The notes beneath the pieces are model-generated. The model did no database searches, had not been told where the DNA came from, and worked only from the letters and a program-made list of their open reading frames with translations. A stretch of DNA of 63,731 nt, the filler included, from Reticulomyxa filosa (lineage: Eukaryota; Protista; Foraminifera): NCBI GenBank assembly GCA_000512085.1. It is 24 parts of 24 records of this genome, joined end to end, with 100 filler letters (N's around TTAATTAATTAA, not from the genome) between each part and the next. Parts side by side here need not be neighbours in the genome. Positions count along the whole stretch, not along the records: positions 49,095 to 54,249 come from ASPP01006685.1; positions 54,350 to 57,253 come from ASPP01026845.1; positions 57,354 to 59,642 come from ASPP01018871.1; positions 59,743 to 60,930 come from ASPP01012423.1; positions 61,031 to 62,225 come from ASPP01027604.1; positions 62,326 to 63,731 come from ASPP01027535.1; 18 more parts are not named here. The stretch is one strand, 5' to 3'. Each line of letters begins with the position of its first letter. Within the stretch, counting starts at the first letter, position 1. The position numbers were made by a program, and so were the translations under genes. This document shows positions 51,078 through 63,731 of this stretch, piece after piece.

Positions 51078-53473
51078 ATGCTAATATTGGATGAGGAAGA
51101 ATGCCAAGCAGTAAAAGTAAAAAGTTTAAAAGCTTTGTTATTTGAAGGCTGCTATGACAAAGACTGGATGGCAGCCTCGAACAAACAAAGTCTATTAAAA
51201 AGTTTACAGTGTTTACTGTGTAACCAAATCGCAAGTAATGCAATGGAACTAACTTGCAATGAGCACGAAGATCATAAAGATACACTATTAGTTGGAGAAC
51301 AATGTTTAATGAAATATTTACATAAACATAACAATCAATGCCCTATTGGGAAACACGGACTTTGTAGCTATGTGAAAGGACGAGCAGTGCGAAGGATTGT
51401 TAGTGAATTAAAGATTACATGTCCTCGACAATTTATAAACCATTTCAATCAAAATGCAAATAACCGAACAAAAGAGGGTAACATAATTACAGAAGTTGAA
51501 CATGTCTGTAAATTTAAAGGAAATCCTGAAGAAATGAAAGAGCATTTAGAAAATACGTGTCCTTTGAAACCTTTGGGATGTAAATTTAAGGAATTTGGAT
51601 GTCACGATATTTTGTCTGATTTTAATTTTGAACAACACTTGCAATTGCAAATGAAAAAACACTTGGATTTGTTGTTGGAGTATGTTGCCACTCTTCAAAA
51701 TAAAATGAAACAAATTCAATTCAATGAATTTAATCCAGTTGTTTATTGCATTTCATTTATTTGTTTATTTATAGATTGTGTATTTTTTTTTTAAAAAAAA
51801 ATACACAAATGCATTGGTTGTGTAATTTTGTACAAAATGAAACATTTAGGAGGAAATAAAACAACTAAAATTGAAAATTAAAGAACAAGAAAATGAAATT
51901 CAATTGCTGAAAGCAAATAATGATAATAACAGTTTACAATGGGATGAAAAGGAAAAAGAAATGAAAAAGCTACAAAATCATCTCCAACAAGAATCACTCA
52001 AATATCGAGAAGACTTTGAGTCATCGAAATTGAAAATTGATGAGTCAAATCGCAAATTAAATAAAAATAATACCAAAATTAATCAATTGAAGAAAAAAAT
52101 TCAAAACAAAGACAATGAAATTAATGCATTACACCAAGATATTCAATTGAAAGATAAACAAATTATTGATAAAGAAAAGTTAATTCAACAAATGAAAAGA
52201 GATTTCAATGACAAAGAAAGACAGTCACAGTCTCACTATGAGCAATCAATTAAATTATTAAAAGATAAACATTTACAATTAATACAAGATTTTCACAAAT
52301 TATCAAAAAAAGAAAGTGATCAAAATAAAGAAGAAGAAAAAAATCAATCAAATTCCAAAGTAATTCTTCATCTTCTATGTCATTAACAACAGTTCCTACA
52401 ATTCATTTTGATAAATTCCGCTCATCATACAAATTAATCAATACACTCACTGGACATACTAGCATTGTGTGGAATATTGATTATTCAACATTTGATGATT
52501 GTCAATTCATTTGTTCTGGATCACTTGATAAAACAGTTTGTGTATGGGATATTGATAACAATAGACAAATTCAATCATTCAATAGGCACTTATATCATGT
52601 GTATTGTGCGAAATTTTCACAATACCATCATTATAACACTAATCGTAATGTAATTTGTTCTTCGTCATATGACAAAACCATTCGTTTTTGGGATTTCAAA
52701 AACAATCAACAATTGCAGGTATTAAATGGACACACTAGTGGTGTTTGGGGCGTTATATTTTCAACATTTAGTGGTGGTAGATATTTGTGTTCTGGATCGT
52801 TTGATTGGACTATTCGCTTATGGGATGTTGAAACATCCAAATCATTACTTTGCTTCAATGGACACACAGGAACTGTTAGATGTATGGATATTTCACCATT
52901 ACAAAATAGTAATAATAATAAAAGTAATAATATTGGTGTGATTGGTGGTAATGGATATACAATTTGCTCTGGATCACGTGATAATACCATTCGGATATGG
53001 GATATTGAAACAGCCAAACAGCTTATTGTATTCAAAGGACATAAACATTGGGTTACAAGTGTAAAATATGGATCAAATGAATTATTAAAACAATATTATC
53101 TGGATCAATTGATAAAAGCGTTCGTTTGTGGGATATTCGAACTGAACAACAAATTCAAATTTTCAAAGGACATACAGATAATGTGTGGACTGTTGAATAT
53201 TCACCATTTATAATAAATAATATCGAAATTGGTGGTAGTTCAAATGTGATATGTTCTGGATCAGCTGATAATACAATTCGTTTTTGGGATATTCGATCAA
53301 ATAGGGAGAAATTATATTTAATTAAAGGAAATAAAACTGAAGATAATGGAATAACATGTCTTACATTTTTGCCATTGAAAGAAAAAAAAAAGAGAATTGA
53401 AAATAAAAAGAATAATTTCGGCTTCAGCTTGTGCTATGGTTCAGACAAAGGTTCCATTCGTATTTGGGGATAA
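51078..53473 (+). CDS. Degenerate RING/TRAF zinc finger + coiled coil + WD40 protein with one frameshift
   Basis: CLLC...CPIG.H, C.FKG...HL...CP...C.F...GC (TRAF-type), a coiled-coil exon, then seven WD repeats. The frame breaks at ~53087-53090. Confidence 0.85.
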
Positions 53474-54421
53474 TATACATTTTCCAACAAGAAAAAAATC
53501 TACTTTCGAATAGTAGAAGCACGAAAGAGATTAATTATTATGACAATCATTTTTGTTTTTGGACAAATTAGTGAAAATACTAGTTGTCGGTTTTTTTATG
53601 TTTAGAATATAAAGGACAATTATGCGTTTTAGCTGACAAATTCTCATATGGTTGTTTTTCATATAACACGGATCCATTTGCTCATCCTGAAATTCTTTAA
53701 AGAATATGCACAAATATTGAAAAGGATGTAACAAAATAAATTATATTTTATATGGTTTTTGTCAATATCAATTAATAAAATTTTATTTTGTTTGGGAGGA
53801 ATAAATCTGCAAAAAAAAATTGCTCAAAATGTGAATGTGCTTAAAAAAAGAATTGGCAAATTTCATGAATACGAGAAAAACGCGACAATTTTTTTTTGAA
53901 AATTTCAAAAAATCAAATTTCGAAAAGATAAAATAAAAACCAAAAACGATATTTAAAACTACATAACTCGTAGATATTTTTCAAAAGAGTTTTGATTAAA
54001 GGCTATTTTTTCATTTAGAAAATTAATCATCTTCATAGGTGTCAACCTTTTTTCTACTGTGACAAATACATTTGAACAATTACAAATTGAAAGTTTAATA
54101 AGAAAATAGAATACTTGAAATATACCTTTATCAGTTGAGAAGATTGTCTCGTTCAATTTACTAAAAAAATCGGCTGCTCAAGGATTTTTGCTGTTGGAAA
54201 GATGTACGAATACAGTAGATTGCAAAAAAAACTGACATACCTAAATGGCNNNNNNNNNNNNNNNNNNNNNNNNNNNNNNNNNNNNNNNNNNNNTTAATTA
54301 ATTAANNNNNNNNNNNNNNNNNNNNNNNNNNNNNNNNNNNNNNNNNNNNTTTTTTTTTTTTTGCATGTTCAAATTGAAATTGAAATTAATAAAAAAAAAC
54401 ACACACATGTTACTGGCACAG

Positions 54422-55212
54422 GTTCGCAGAGTTACGATTGCACCAATGCAGTATTTACGGGCTTAGATGTGGATGAACTGACAATAACGTGTGGCAACGA
54501 GCTGCTCTCTGAAGGCAATGGCAACTGCCTTGGCGTATTGTTTGACATCAACGTAGACACCAATTTAAATTTGCAATGCAGTGGCGCGAGTTCATGCCTT
54601 AATACCAAGATTTACTACAATGCGGATATCGATATGCCGATCCTTGGCTCGTGCTATGTGTATTGCACGGTGGATACACAACACCCTTATTATCCAAGTT
54701 GCCAAAACATGACCATCACCGTTGAGGATAATCCCATCGGATATGATTTCATCGAGTTGTCTTGTGAAATTGCTCAAGGGTATCAAGCTTGCAAAAATAT
54801 CGTTGTTCAATGTGGCGATTCTAGTACCATGTGCCAATGTCCAGTTTTATACGACCCAGCTTCTAGTCAATGGAATTGCGAAGGCAAGTGTGGCACAAGC
54901 TATTGCGAGGAAGACGACGATTACTACTCTGATGTATCCACGGCTGTCATTGTTGCTGTTATTGTATCCTCATGTGGATTGATTGCCGCCTTGAATGTCA
55001 TGATTTATCTGTCCAAAAGAAGAAAAAAAGACAGACTCTTGCCCTCTTCCACTCCTAATACACCTACTACCGCTAATACACCTACTACCGCTAATACACC
55101 TACTACCGCTAATACCACTAATACCGCTAATACCACTGATACAACCGCCAAAGTCAAACCTGTTTCTCCGAAAGACATTCAATACGTTCATAAGACTTAT
55201 CAAAGCTTGTAA
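54422..55212 (+). CDS. Cys-rich surface protein with a C-terminal TM helix and TPTTAN repeats, 5'-truncated
   Basis: Repeated C....C....I.C spacing, then TM AVIVAVIVSSCGLIAALNVMIYL followed by KRRKK. Confidence 0.8.
55055..55140 (+). repeat. 18-bp coding minisatellite
   Basis: CTAATACACCTACTACCG x3 followed by degenerate copies. Confidence 0.9.
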
Positions 55213-55528
55213 ACACACGGTGTTCTTTATTTTTATCAATTCCATACAAATGTTAAATATTGTCTAATTAATCGAGTTTGCTTTTTTAGTTCTAATTACA
55301 AAATAAGTTTCGTTTTTTCGTTTTCACAAAATTTTCTTTTCATCAGCACATAGTTGCATATATATGCAGCATTGCCTTAAAGTTTCCAGATATTTTTTTA
55401 TAATTTTTTTTTATCAAGGACTAACAAAAAACAAAAATACGATGGTTCAATAAATGTGTATACAATAATTTTTAAAAACAATGCAAACGAACATTAGCGA
55501 TAATCTTAATGTGAAAACGCAATACTAA

Positions 55529-56431
55529 TTTATCATGACAAATAATAATTTTTAAATTATAAGTTATTTTAAAAAGTGTGATGTATGTGTAATTTTCTGA
55601 ACAGTCACACATATATATTTATATTTCAAAATTGAATTTATTGTTGGTAAAAGTCAAGAGAATTTGATTTTATACATTTATTTTTTTTTATTGACAGTAT
55701 AAAAAAACGAAATAAACGTACATAGTATTATAATATAATATGCATGACACTTTTTATTTTGAAAAAAAGAAAAAAATGAAGATTTTTTATTTCTAAAATA
55801 ATGATCATTTCAGTTATTTGGAACGAACGAGGTAAGCAACGCAATATTGAGACATATTTATGTTGTTCTCAGTTTGTACAATGAAAATGAATTGTACTTT
55901 TGATTTCAAATTACTTTTTCGGACCTGATCAATTACAAATGTAAACAAGGCAATCTTCATAAGCTAATGGGCGTTTCAATTTAGATTTTAAAAGAAAATT
56001 ATACTGGAATCAACATCAATGTTCTCTTTGATTGCATTTTGTCAATAGTAAAATATAAGTACTAGTACAAAACTTTTTGCAACTATTGAAGCAGTTAACA
56101 TTTCTGAATTTGTGCAATCCTAAATGTATTGCCCATCATCAAAATTGCTCATAGAAACTTTGAAATTTCCTCATTACATGAGAAAGTGCTTGAACATAGA
56201 CTTAGCATTTTTTTCTGTGTTAGGCAATGCTTTTGAATTTCATAAGTCATAACTTTATGAAATAAAAAAAATTTAAATTCCTTTTTTTAAATATTAACAT
56301 TTATCACGACAAAATAATAATTTTTAAATTAAAAATACGATAACAACTATTTTTAAAAAGTGTTATGCATGTGTAATTTTTCGGGACCACAACATATATA
56401 TTTATATTTCAAAAAATTAAATATATTGTTA
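55529..56431 (+). repeat. Pair of ~125-bp imperfect direct repeats (~55529-55645 and ~56300-56430)
   Basis: Shared TTTATCAYGACAAA(A)TAATAATTTTTAAATT...TTTTAAAAAGTGT...TGTGTAATTTT...ATATATTTATATTTCAAAA. Confidence 0.75.
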
Positions 56432-58942
56432 CACGCATTATCCAAAACGACATATAGTGCTAAAATAAAGTAAAAAAAAAAAATAAGACAAACTAGACTT
56501 ACACTTACAATAGTAAACATAGCTTAACAGAATAAAACAAAGCAATAATCAATTTAACAAAGACCTAAAAAAATTCAGTATATATAAGAGCAAAAAGTAA
56601 AAGGAGAATCATCATTATGAGCTCCACAATATATGCATATCTTCATTCTGCTATAACCAAGCATTTTCCAATCTTGCCATAATGCACGAAAATAAAAAAA
56701 TGTATTTAAATTAAACCAAAAAAAGGCACTACAATGTGTAAGTATGTTATGTAAATAGAGATAATAAAGAGAAACCAATATAATTTAAGCGTTTGTAAAC
56801 ATGAACAAATAAATGAATTATTAGAGAAGAAAACTAGGCTATGTAGAATTATGACCAGTATCAAATTGAAGAAATTTGTATTGAGCAGATGTTGTAGATT
56901 AAATATTTAATGTGATGTATATATTGCTAATATATTCGTTTTTTTTGGCGATATATGTCAGCTTTAAATATAATTATAAATTGGAAAATATGCAGTAGGT
57001 TGCAAAAAAAATGGCAAACGTAATATGCAACTTATGAAGATAATAGATTTCGTCCATGAAAATCAAACGTTTAATTTTAATTTTTTTAAAACGCTATTGT
57101 AGTATTAATCATTATCAGAAATCCAAGTGAACCTCAGAACTCCCTTTTTTCTGGTCCAAACTCATTTCACTACTCAGTCTTTTGTTCTTCTTGCTTTGCT
57201 TGTTTGTTTTAGATCATTATTTTCTCATTATTTAACAAATTTCGTTTTTGTTGNNNNNNNNNNNNNNNNNNNNNNNNNNNNNNNNNNNNNNNNNNNNTTA
57301 ATTAATTAANNNNNNNNNNNNNNNNNNNNNNNNNNNNNNNNNNNNNNNNNNNNGTAGTTGGCTGAGGAAGTTTAGCCTACTAGGGATTCATCAGTTCTAT
57401 TTGTGTTCAAGTATTTATAGTAGGGACTTGTCCTACAAACGACACAAAACTGTAAACTATCTTTATTCCTTCAAAATAAAAAAGTTGTATCACACAACGA
57501 AGTATATTGACATTGAACAAAAACCTATTGCTTCGAACAAAATCATTAATTATTCAATAACAAATAGTAATCTTGGTTCCCAAACATCAGCGTAACAAAA
57601 ACTCTTGTAGGGTAAGACCTAGCAACCGTAAGGGAAATCGATCTGGACTTAGGACCCAAGATTATCGTCATTTTAACTGGTACTAGTTTTGAACACTAAA
57701 AAAAACGCAAAATTTCGCATGTGCACGAGAAATCTTTCTCATATTCCTTAACAAAAACAACAGGTATTGTTTGTTGTCAACATACAAACGCTAAACATAC
57801 AGAAAAAAACGGAACTACGCTCCCCCTTGTAGCACGTTTTTTAACTGACTATCTACTTGTGGTTTGATAGATAGCTCAATAAACCTAATTCCAATGAATA
57901 AATAGCAAGATTTTTTTAATTGGAAATACGAAATTGAAGATTGTAAAAAAAGTAAAATTAAGAAAATATTACTGTTCAAAGTTTTTTTGTGTAAATACAA
58001 TAACACGGTTTTCGCGAGTTATTAAACACTTTGCCTAGAAATCAACCTATACGTTTCAAATAACTTTTGTTCACTAATACTTATGTCAATGTAAGGATGT
58101 TAATTTGCTAATAGTATTGAACTAAAGTTCCGGTTATGTTTTTGTTAACAAAAAACTTCTTTTTTTGACAAAGTAATAATCTTGCCTAAAGGAATCGCTC
58201 AATCATCAAGTAGCATAGCTAAAACCATGAACAATAACTCTAATGCTACTTCTTCAAAAGGCCACGGTCGTTTCCAGACAAGTTACGAAAAGAAGAAACT
58301 TGCAGGCACCATAACAAACCCTCAACTCGACAAACAAAGTAAACAAACCCAAGAAACAAATCAAAATAAAGGGCCAGAAATACAACCTAAAGAACCCATT
58401 TCAGGTGATAAAGAGAAATAACATAGTGAGAAGAAGTAAAGCGCTGTGTAATGAGAAAAAGACAAAAAATGTGTGTATGTTAAAATATTTCGCCAAAGTT
58501 TTTGTTTATGATCCGGTTCACTTAATCCTACAAAATTTTTTTTCTTGAAAAGAAGCACTGTTCGGTGAAGAATCACTGACAGATAAAAATGACCGGAACA
58601 GAATTTGTTGGGAACAAATTTAAAAGAAAAAGTTTTTGTTTTTATTTTTTATTTTGCAAGGGATTGTATTTCCAAAGTGTGGACACAATTCAAACGTCTG
58701 CTGGTAGAACACTCTCAATGTTTCTAAGTGGAGAGTAAATGAAAAAAACTTATAACTACAAATATCTTCTAAGGTCAATGAAACGACTTACAATTTTTAA
58801 CAAATAGCGTGTTAGAATAGCAATCAAGGAAAGGAGGGGTGCTGCACTGGTGAGTGAACCTTTATTTGAATGCCGCATTTGTGGCTTTGGAAGAAGCAGA
58901 AATTCGTTAGATAATTGGGTAAGCCGATCCACGATCGCACAA

Positions 58943-59594
58943 ATGTCTCGTATTTTTAAGATTTCGGTTTCATTGTTGAAGCGAGCAAATCCGAGTACGC
59001 GTTCTGTAAAAAGGTTGTCTGTTATTTGCCCCCCTTGTATTTGGATAGTACTTTCTAAGTAGTTACTTCAAAAAAAAAAAAAAAAAAAAATGTTTTTTTG
59101 GAAAACGCAAAACAACTAAAAAAAAGAAAAAAAAAACAGGATAACATCATTGACAAATCCATATTTAATATCTCCCAACAAAGAGTTGGTCCCACTGCAC
59201 GAAGTGGAGACAAGAGGAGATGATGAGAATGACAATACTAATAACAATGACGACGATGACAATAATAACAATAATAACAACGAAGGAGAAAATTCATTAA
59301 TGAAAGAAAATAATAGTGATAAAAATAGAAAGAAAATTCGAATTGAAGATTACTTTGACGACGTCCATATTTCATTGGAGAATGTGATAGCCGCAGGAAA
59401 AGGTTGGTTGGTCCTCAACAAGCCTCCGTGTCTGACGCTGACGACCCCATCGCAGCAATGCGCACACTCTCTCAAAGACGAGCTTGTGTGCTTCCTGCAA
59501 AAGCCCGAGCAAGATTTTATTGTCCAAAGGACGGGCTTGACATCCGATTGGTTTCAATCCCCAACGATGTTTTTCCCACATCCACTTGGCGAAG
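58943..59594 (+). CDS. RluA/RPUSD-like pseudouridine synthase family protein, N-terminal part
   Basis: Exons 58943-59013 (presequence-like MSRIFKISVSLLKRA) and 59140-59594 splice in frame. Motif I WLVLNKPP; the motif II position reads FPHPLGE. Confidence 0.65.
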
Positions 59595-59742
59595 GTTTCC
59601 ATCCCCCCTCCCCTTTTTTTTTTCACAAAAAAAAAAAAAAAANNNNNNNNNNNNNNNNNNNNNNNNNNNNNNNNNNNNNNNNNNNNTTAATTAATTAANN
59701 NNNNNNNNNNNNNNNNNNNNNNNNNNNNNNNNNNNNNNNNNN

Positions 59743-59975
59743 TTGGTTTGTGAATCAATCAATTGTACAACACAATGCCCATCCATATTAACATCATTAG
59801 GATAAGAGCAGATGTATTTATATTGTTTTTTCAGAGTATGATAGGAATAACAGTCGTTAGTTTCATCGCCTCCACAAATAAGGAGTTCATCCTTGAACAA
59901 AAGACATTGTGAATTCTTTAGTGGCTTGGGTAAGTCAGGCAAAATTTGATAGATGTTATTGAGTTGAGCAGACAT
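59743..59975 (-). CDS. Kelch-like beta-propeller protein, N-terminus (cut by contig end)
   Basis: LPKPLKNSQCLLFKDELLICGG...CYSYH..KKQYKYICSYP...GHCVV. Confidence 0.8.
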
Positions 59976-60574
59976 GTCAGATGTCCTTTTTTTTTTGAAG
60001 TGTTCTGACAGCCCCTTTTTTTTAGGAAGAATATTGTGCCGAAAGAAAAAAGAAAAAGGAATTGACTATTGAGGCAGAAGAGTGAGGAAAAAAAAGGGGA
60101 TTTTATTTTAAAAAATTTTTCAAGAGGAGAGACAAAACCAAACTCAAGTACGCTTAAATTACAAATGATTTCTTTGTGAAAGAATAAATGTATTAATAGA
60201 AAAAAAAAGCAAAAAAATGTAGTAAATACGGTCTTTTTAAGTTTGGGTCGTAATTCAATACGTATTACTTTGTTCATTTATTAGACAGTTGTTTTCACGG
60301 CAAAAGTATGATAAAAATGTGTTTTTAAGACAGCTCGGATTTGTTGATTTTCACACGACGAAAAATAAAAAAATTAACAACTCAGCATTGTACATGCCAC
60401 ATAATAATGTATTCGAAAATTAATTTCGCTGAAAAAGAGATAAAAAAACTGGGGCGTTAGATAGAATTTTTTTTTGTGTTTGAAGAACCAAAGAAATTTC
60501 CAAATTGGAGACTTGAAACAATAAAAAAATCATCCAGCTTATGTTTTCATCAAAATAAATAAATAAACAAATCA

Positions 60575-60930
60575 CTTTTCATTTTTGCCATTCGATCCTC
60601 CAATAATATGCACATATGTGTTATCTTCATTCAATATTGCAACACAACTATCTAATGGGCTGGGTAAAGTACTTTGAAATGTCATCCATTTGCTTTCTCG
60701 AATTGAATATTTGTGCAATGATTTCGAAACAACACTCCTACGTAAATACTTACCATTCCATCCACCAAAGAACCAGATGGATCATTGACACACAATAAGC
60801 ACATTGAAATAAGTTTGTATAATCAACAAATAGCTCATGAAATTAAAAAGTATTGTTAATGTTCGTCATATTGAATTGACAAATCTTGTACACCTACAAA
60901 ACTAACAACATTTCACTATTCCTTTCTTTC
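60575..60930 (-). pseudogene. Kelch-repeat pseudogene, C-terminal blades
   Basis: FGGWNG...SKSLHKYSIRESKWMTFQSTLPSPLDSCVAILNEDNTYVHIIGG, preceded by stops and frameshifts. Confidence 0.75.
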
Positions 60931-61610
60931 NNNNNNNNNNNNNNNNNNNNNNNNNNNNNNNNNNNNNNNNNNNNTTAATTAATTAANNNNNNNNNNNNNN
61001 NNNNNNNNNNNNNNNNNNNNNNNNNNNNNNAATTGCAATATGGAGTGCATTGATTTTTCAAACAATTCTTGCGACAATCTCAAGAAGTTTACGTTACAAG
61101 TGGATATACTCATGAAAGATACTCTTAACAATATATTGAAAAGATGTTAGAAGATACTAATCTAAAAGAAGAAAAGAAAAGAAGTAGCTTTGTCTGCAAC
61201 AACTGTTGCTAAAAGAAAAAAGGGATTTTCTTTAAACTTTTTTGTTGGTCGTTCAACAACAATTCTTTTTTTTACACAATATATTTATTATTCAATAATT
61301 TTTTCATTTATTTACTTTGTCCAAAAATATTGCATGAATTGATTTTTTTCACAAAGCAACGGAGGTATAAGCTTTGACAAAGTTGGGATATTAGTATGTT
61401 GAGAATTTTTTGTTAATTTGTGCTTCATATATTTGAGTTTTGCTACATTGAAAAAATTTATTATGCTTAAAGAGAACACTGTTTTACATTTGCAATAAAT
61501 CTAAATTGAAAATTGGAACATTAAAATAAGTCTTATATTATCTTTGTTTCATTGAAATAATGGAATGAAGAAATTGCAAAAGCGAAGAGAACAGTATAAA
61601 AATAATGAAA

Positions 61611-62225
61611 TTATTTTTTGAATTGAATTAAAAAAGCATGAATATCAGATTTGTGATGATATAATAACATATCAGGATATAGACTGACAATTTTGGGATT
61701 TGGAATTTGTGCACATAACAAATGTTTGGCATAACCAGACACTATTTACAAAATGAAATAATTGATTTAATTGTTATAAGAAAATATAAATAAAATAAAA
61801 AAATATATAAAAATATATTAAACTAGAAACAGGTCTACGTGATTCACGACATCTTAAAACAGATTTGACAAAAATATCATCCAATATTAAAGTTAGAATT
61901 TGTCCATTTTTGGGTGCTGTAATAAACATGATACAATTACCATTCCAATCAAATTGATTTTGATTTTGATTTTGATTTTGATTTTCTAATGGTATATTTT
62001 GATTTGTCCATGATAAAGTATCATATTCTTTTTCATTATCATGTTGAGCAATACCACTAATATTTGATTTGATTGTTGTATTTGTATATAATCCTTTTTC
62101 TTTTTCTTCAATTAAAAGAGCGTGGCTGTGACTTGTATAATGTGAGGTATAATCAAAGGAAGATTTAGCAGGAATAGTATTAGAAGAATTAGAAGAAGAA
62201 GCAGAAGAAGAAGAAGAAGAAGAAG
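61611..62225 (-). CDS. 3' end of a gene of unknown function (two exons)
   Basis: Open frame from the contig edge (poly-Ser, NQ repeats, ...VLRCRES) splices GT-AG to LSGYAKHLLCAQIP...LIQFKK*. Confidence 0.5.
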
Positions 62226-62325
62226 NNNNNNNNNNNNNNNNNNNNNNNNNNNNNNNNNNNNNNNNNNNNTTAATTAATTAANNNNNNNNNNNNNNNNNNN
62301 NNNNNNNNNNNNNNNNNNNNNNNNN

Positions 62326-62367
<42 letters not shown>

Positions 62368-62416
62368 GAGAGAAAAAAATAAATATATTATTGCATGACA
62401 AATAACAATGAAAAGG

Positions 62417-63328
62417 CACTGAAACACCCTCGCATTTTCACATATTTGCACATTCCAGTACAATCAGGAAGCAACCAAGTTCTGTTTGATATGAAACGTA
62501 AATACAACATCGAAGACTTCAACAATTTGTGCGAAATCATGACGTCGGAACTCCCTGATATCCAATTGTGCACTGACATTATTGCCGGTTTCCCAACTGA
62601 AACGGCTGAAGACTGGCACAAAACAATGCAAGTGGTCAGACAATGGAAATTTCCCTCGGTTTTCATTAGTCCATTTTTTCCGAGACCAGGGACTCCAGCT
62701 GCTAAAATGGAGTATGTTTATGGAAAAGACAAAGTTTTGATTCATTGATATGTGTATATGTATGTATTCATTTGTAATATAAAAATAAATAATAACACTT
62801 GCATTTGTGATGTTGTTTGTGCAGCAAGAAATTGATCAGGCCAAAAAAGAAAGAGTGGCTGAAATGACTCGATTGTGCAAATCCTTCCGCTGCTATGACC
62901 GACGATTGAATACGAGACAGTTTTGGATTTGCACAAACGATATCACCAAAGACGGCGTGCACTTTGTTGGATTAAACAAATTTGCTGAAAAAATTTGTAT
63001 CAAATCGCCCAAATTTGATGAAAAATTACTTTCCAAATACAAATCCAACAAATATATTCCAGACATCAATTTGAAAGGAAAAATCTTGGAAGTTGTTGTC
63101 TTTGAATGTGGTCAAAAATACATGTATGGAAACATCTGCGATGAGTATATACCCTTGTTGTTTGATTATCCAAATGAAAAAAATTACGTTCAATTGTACA
63201 AAGAGCTATCTGTATCCAATCCCACTTTGTCCTCCTCCTACAAAAAATTCAACGAAAAAACTTGGTTTTTTATATCTTGTTTTTTTTTGGCTTTAGCTGG
63301 TATTATTACTGCAATTTATGCATTATGA
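62417..63328 (+). CDS. CDKAL1: tRNA t6A37 methylthiotransferase (CDKAL1/eMtaB), C-terminal part
   Basis: HPRIFTYLHIPVQSGS, TDIIAGFPTET, FFPRPGTPAAKM, TRAM-like region and a C-terminal TM anchor. Confidence 0.93.
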
Positions 63329-63665
63329 AATTGTTTTTGCTATTTTTGTTTTCCTTTTTTCCCTCATTTCATTTTTTACAATTGGGAACAAACACACTCC
63401 TAATGTTTCGAGCGTTCATTAATATAAGTCAATTTTTGAAAATGTTCATAGCTACTGATAAAGTTACTGCACACGAAACTCAATTATTTTTTTTTTATTG
63501 CGAATAACTGGATCATAGAGAATAAATAAAGAAATATGATTTACTTTTATTGATAAGAATATAAGAAGTATTGAACATGAAAATATTATTATAAAAAAAT
63601 CATAGATAAGCAATTTCCAATATTCATTGTTCACAGTTTATAGATCTTTAAAAAAAACATTATTT

Positions 63666-63731
63666 AGTCAGTGGCAGGATTTGAACATGCAATCTCATCA
63701 GTTAAGAGCTGCCGTTACCATTGGGCCACAC
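63666..63731 (-). tRNA. tRNA-like sequence, probably a pseudogene, 5' end cut by the window edge
   Basis: Minus strand reads GTG TGGCCCAATGGTAACGGC (A box/D arm) ... GCATG-TTCAAAT-CCTGC (T arm, one mismatch) CACTGAC T. The anticodon arm is irregular, so no isotype is assigned. Confidence 0.65.

Noticed and set aside
57362-57652. RNase P/MRP RNA (GAGGAAGTTTAG pairing with CTGGACTT like P4)
   Set aside because: CR-I and CR-V consensus fits are poor, and the strand after the CR-V-like segment pairs internally instead of forming P1.

Overview
This is not one continuous locus. It is 24 unrelated, AT-rich eukaryotic contigs joined by an artificial 100-nt linker (44 N + TTAATTAATTAA + 44 N), so adjacency across a linker means nothing. 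Short introns, homopolymer runs and expanded TPR, WD40, TRAF-WD40, kelch and 7TM/RGS families with many pseudogenes suggest a rhizarian protist, most likely the foraminifer Reticulomyxa filosa (inference). Recognisable, mostly partial, intron-containing genes: Rab escort protein, RGS-domain protein, GT71 mannosyltransferase, divergent eIF2-gamma-like GTPase, SF3B6, MRS2/CorA, AK6, cyclic-nucleotide-regulated K+ channel, TEY MAP kinase, UBR N-recognin E3 ligase, adenylate kinase, RluA-like protein and CDKAL1. There is also a non-LTR retrotransposon with an uninterrupted ORF (APE-RT-RNaseH-Zn knuckle), a long 3' hairpin and a poly(A) tail. The most striking unexplained signal is a ~316-nt minus-strand element (13303-13618). 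It has tRNA-like ends (acceptor, D and T arms, 3' CCA) enclosing a ~230-nt highly structured insert where the anticodon loop should be. Other hand-found items: a 109-aa three-exon Ac45/VOA1-like gene absent from the ORF track, a tandemly repeated pseudogene with micro-inversions, a second hairpin-dense region (57354-57664), and introns with A-rich rather than pyrimidine-rich 3' ends. All family calls come from motif recognition by eye; no searches were run.
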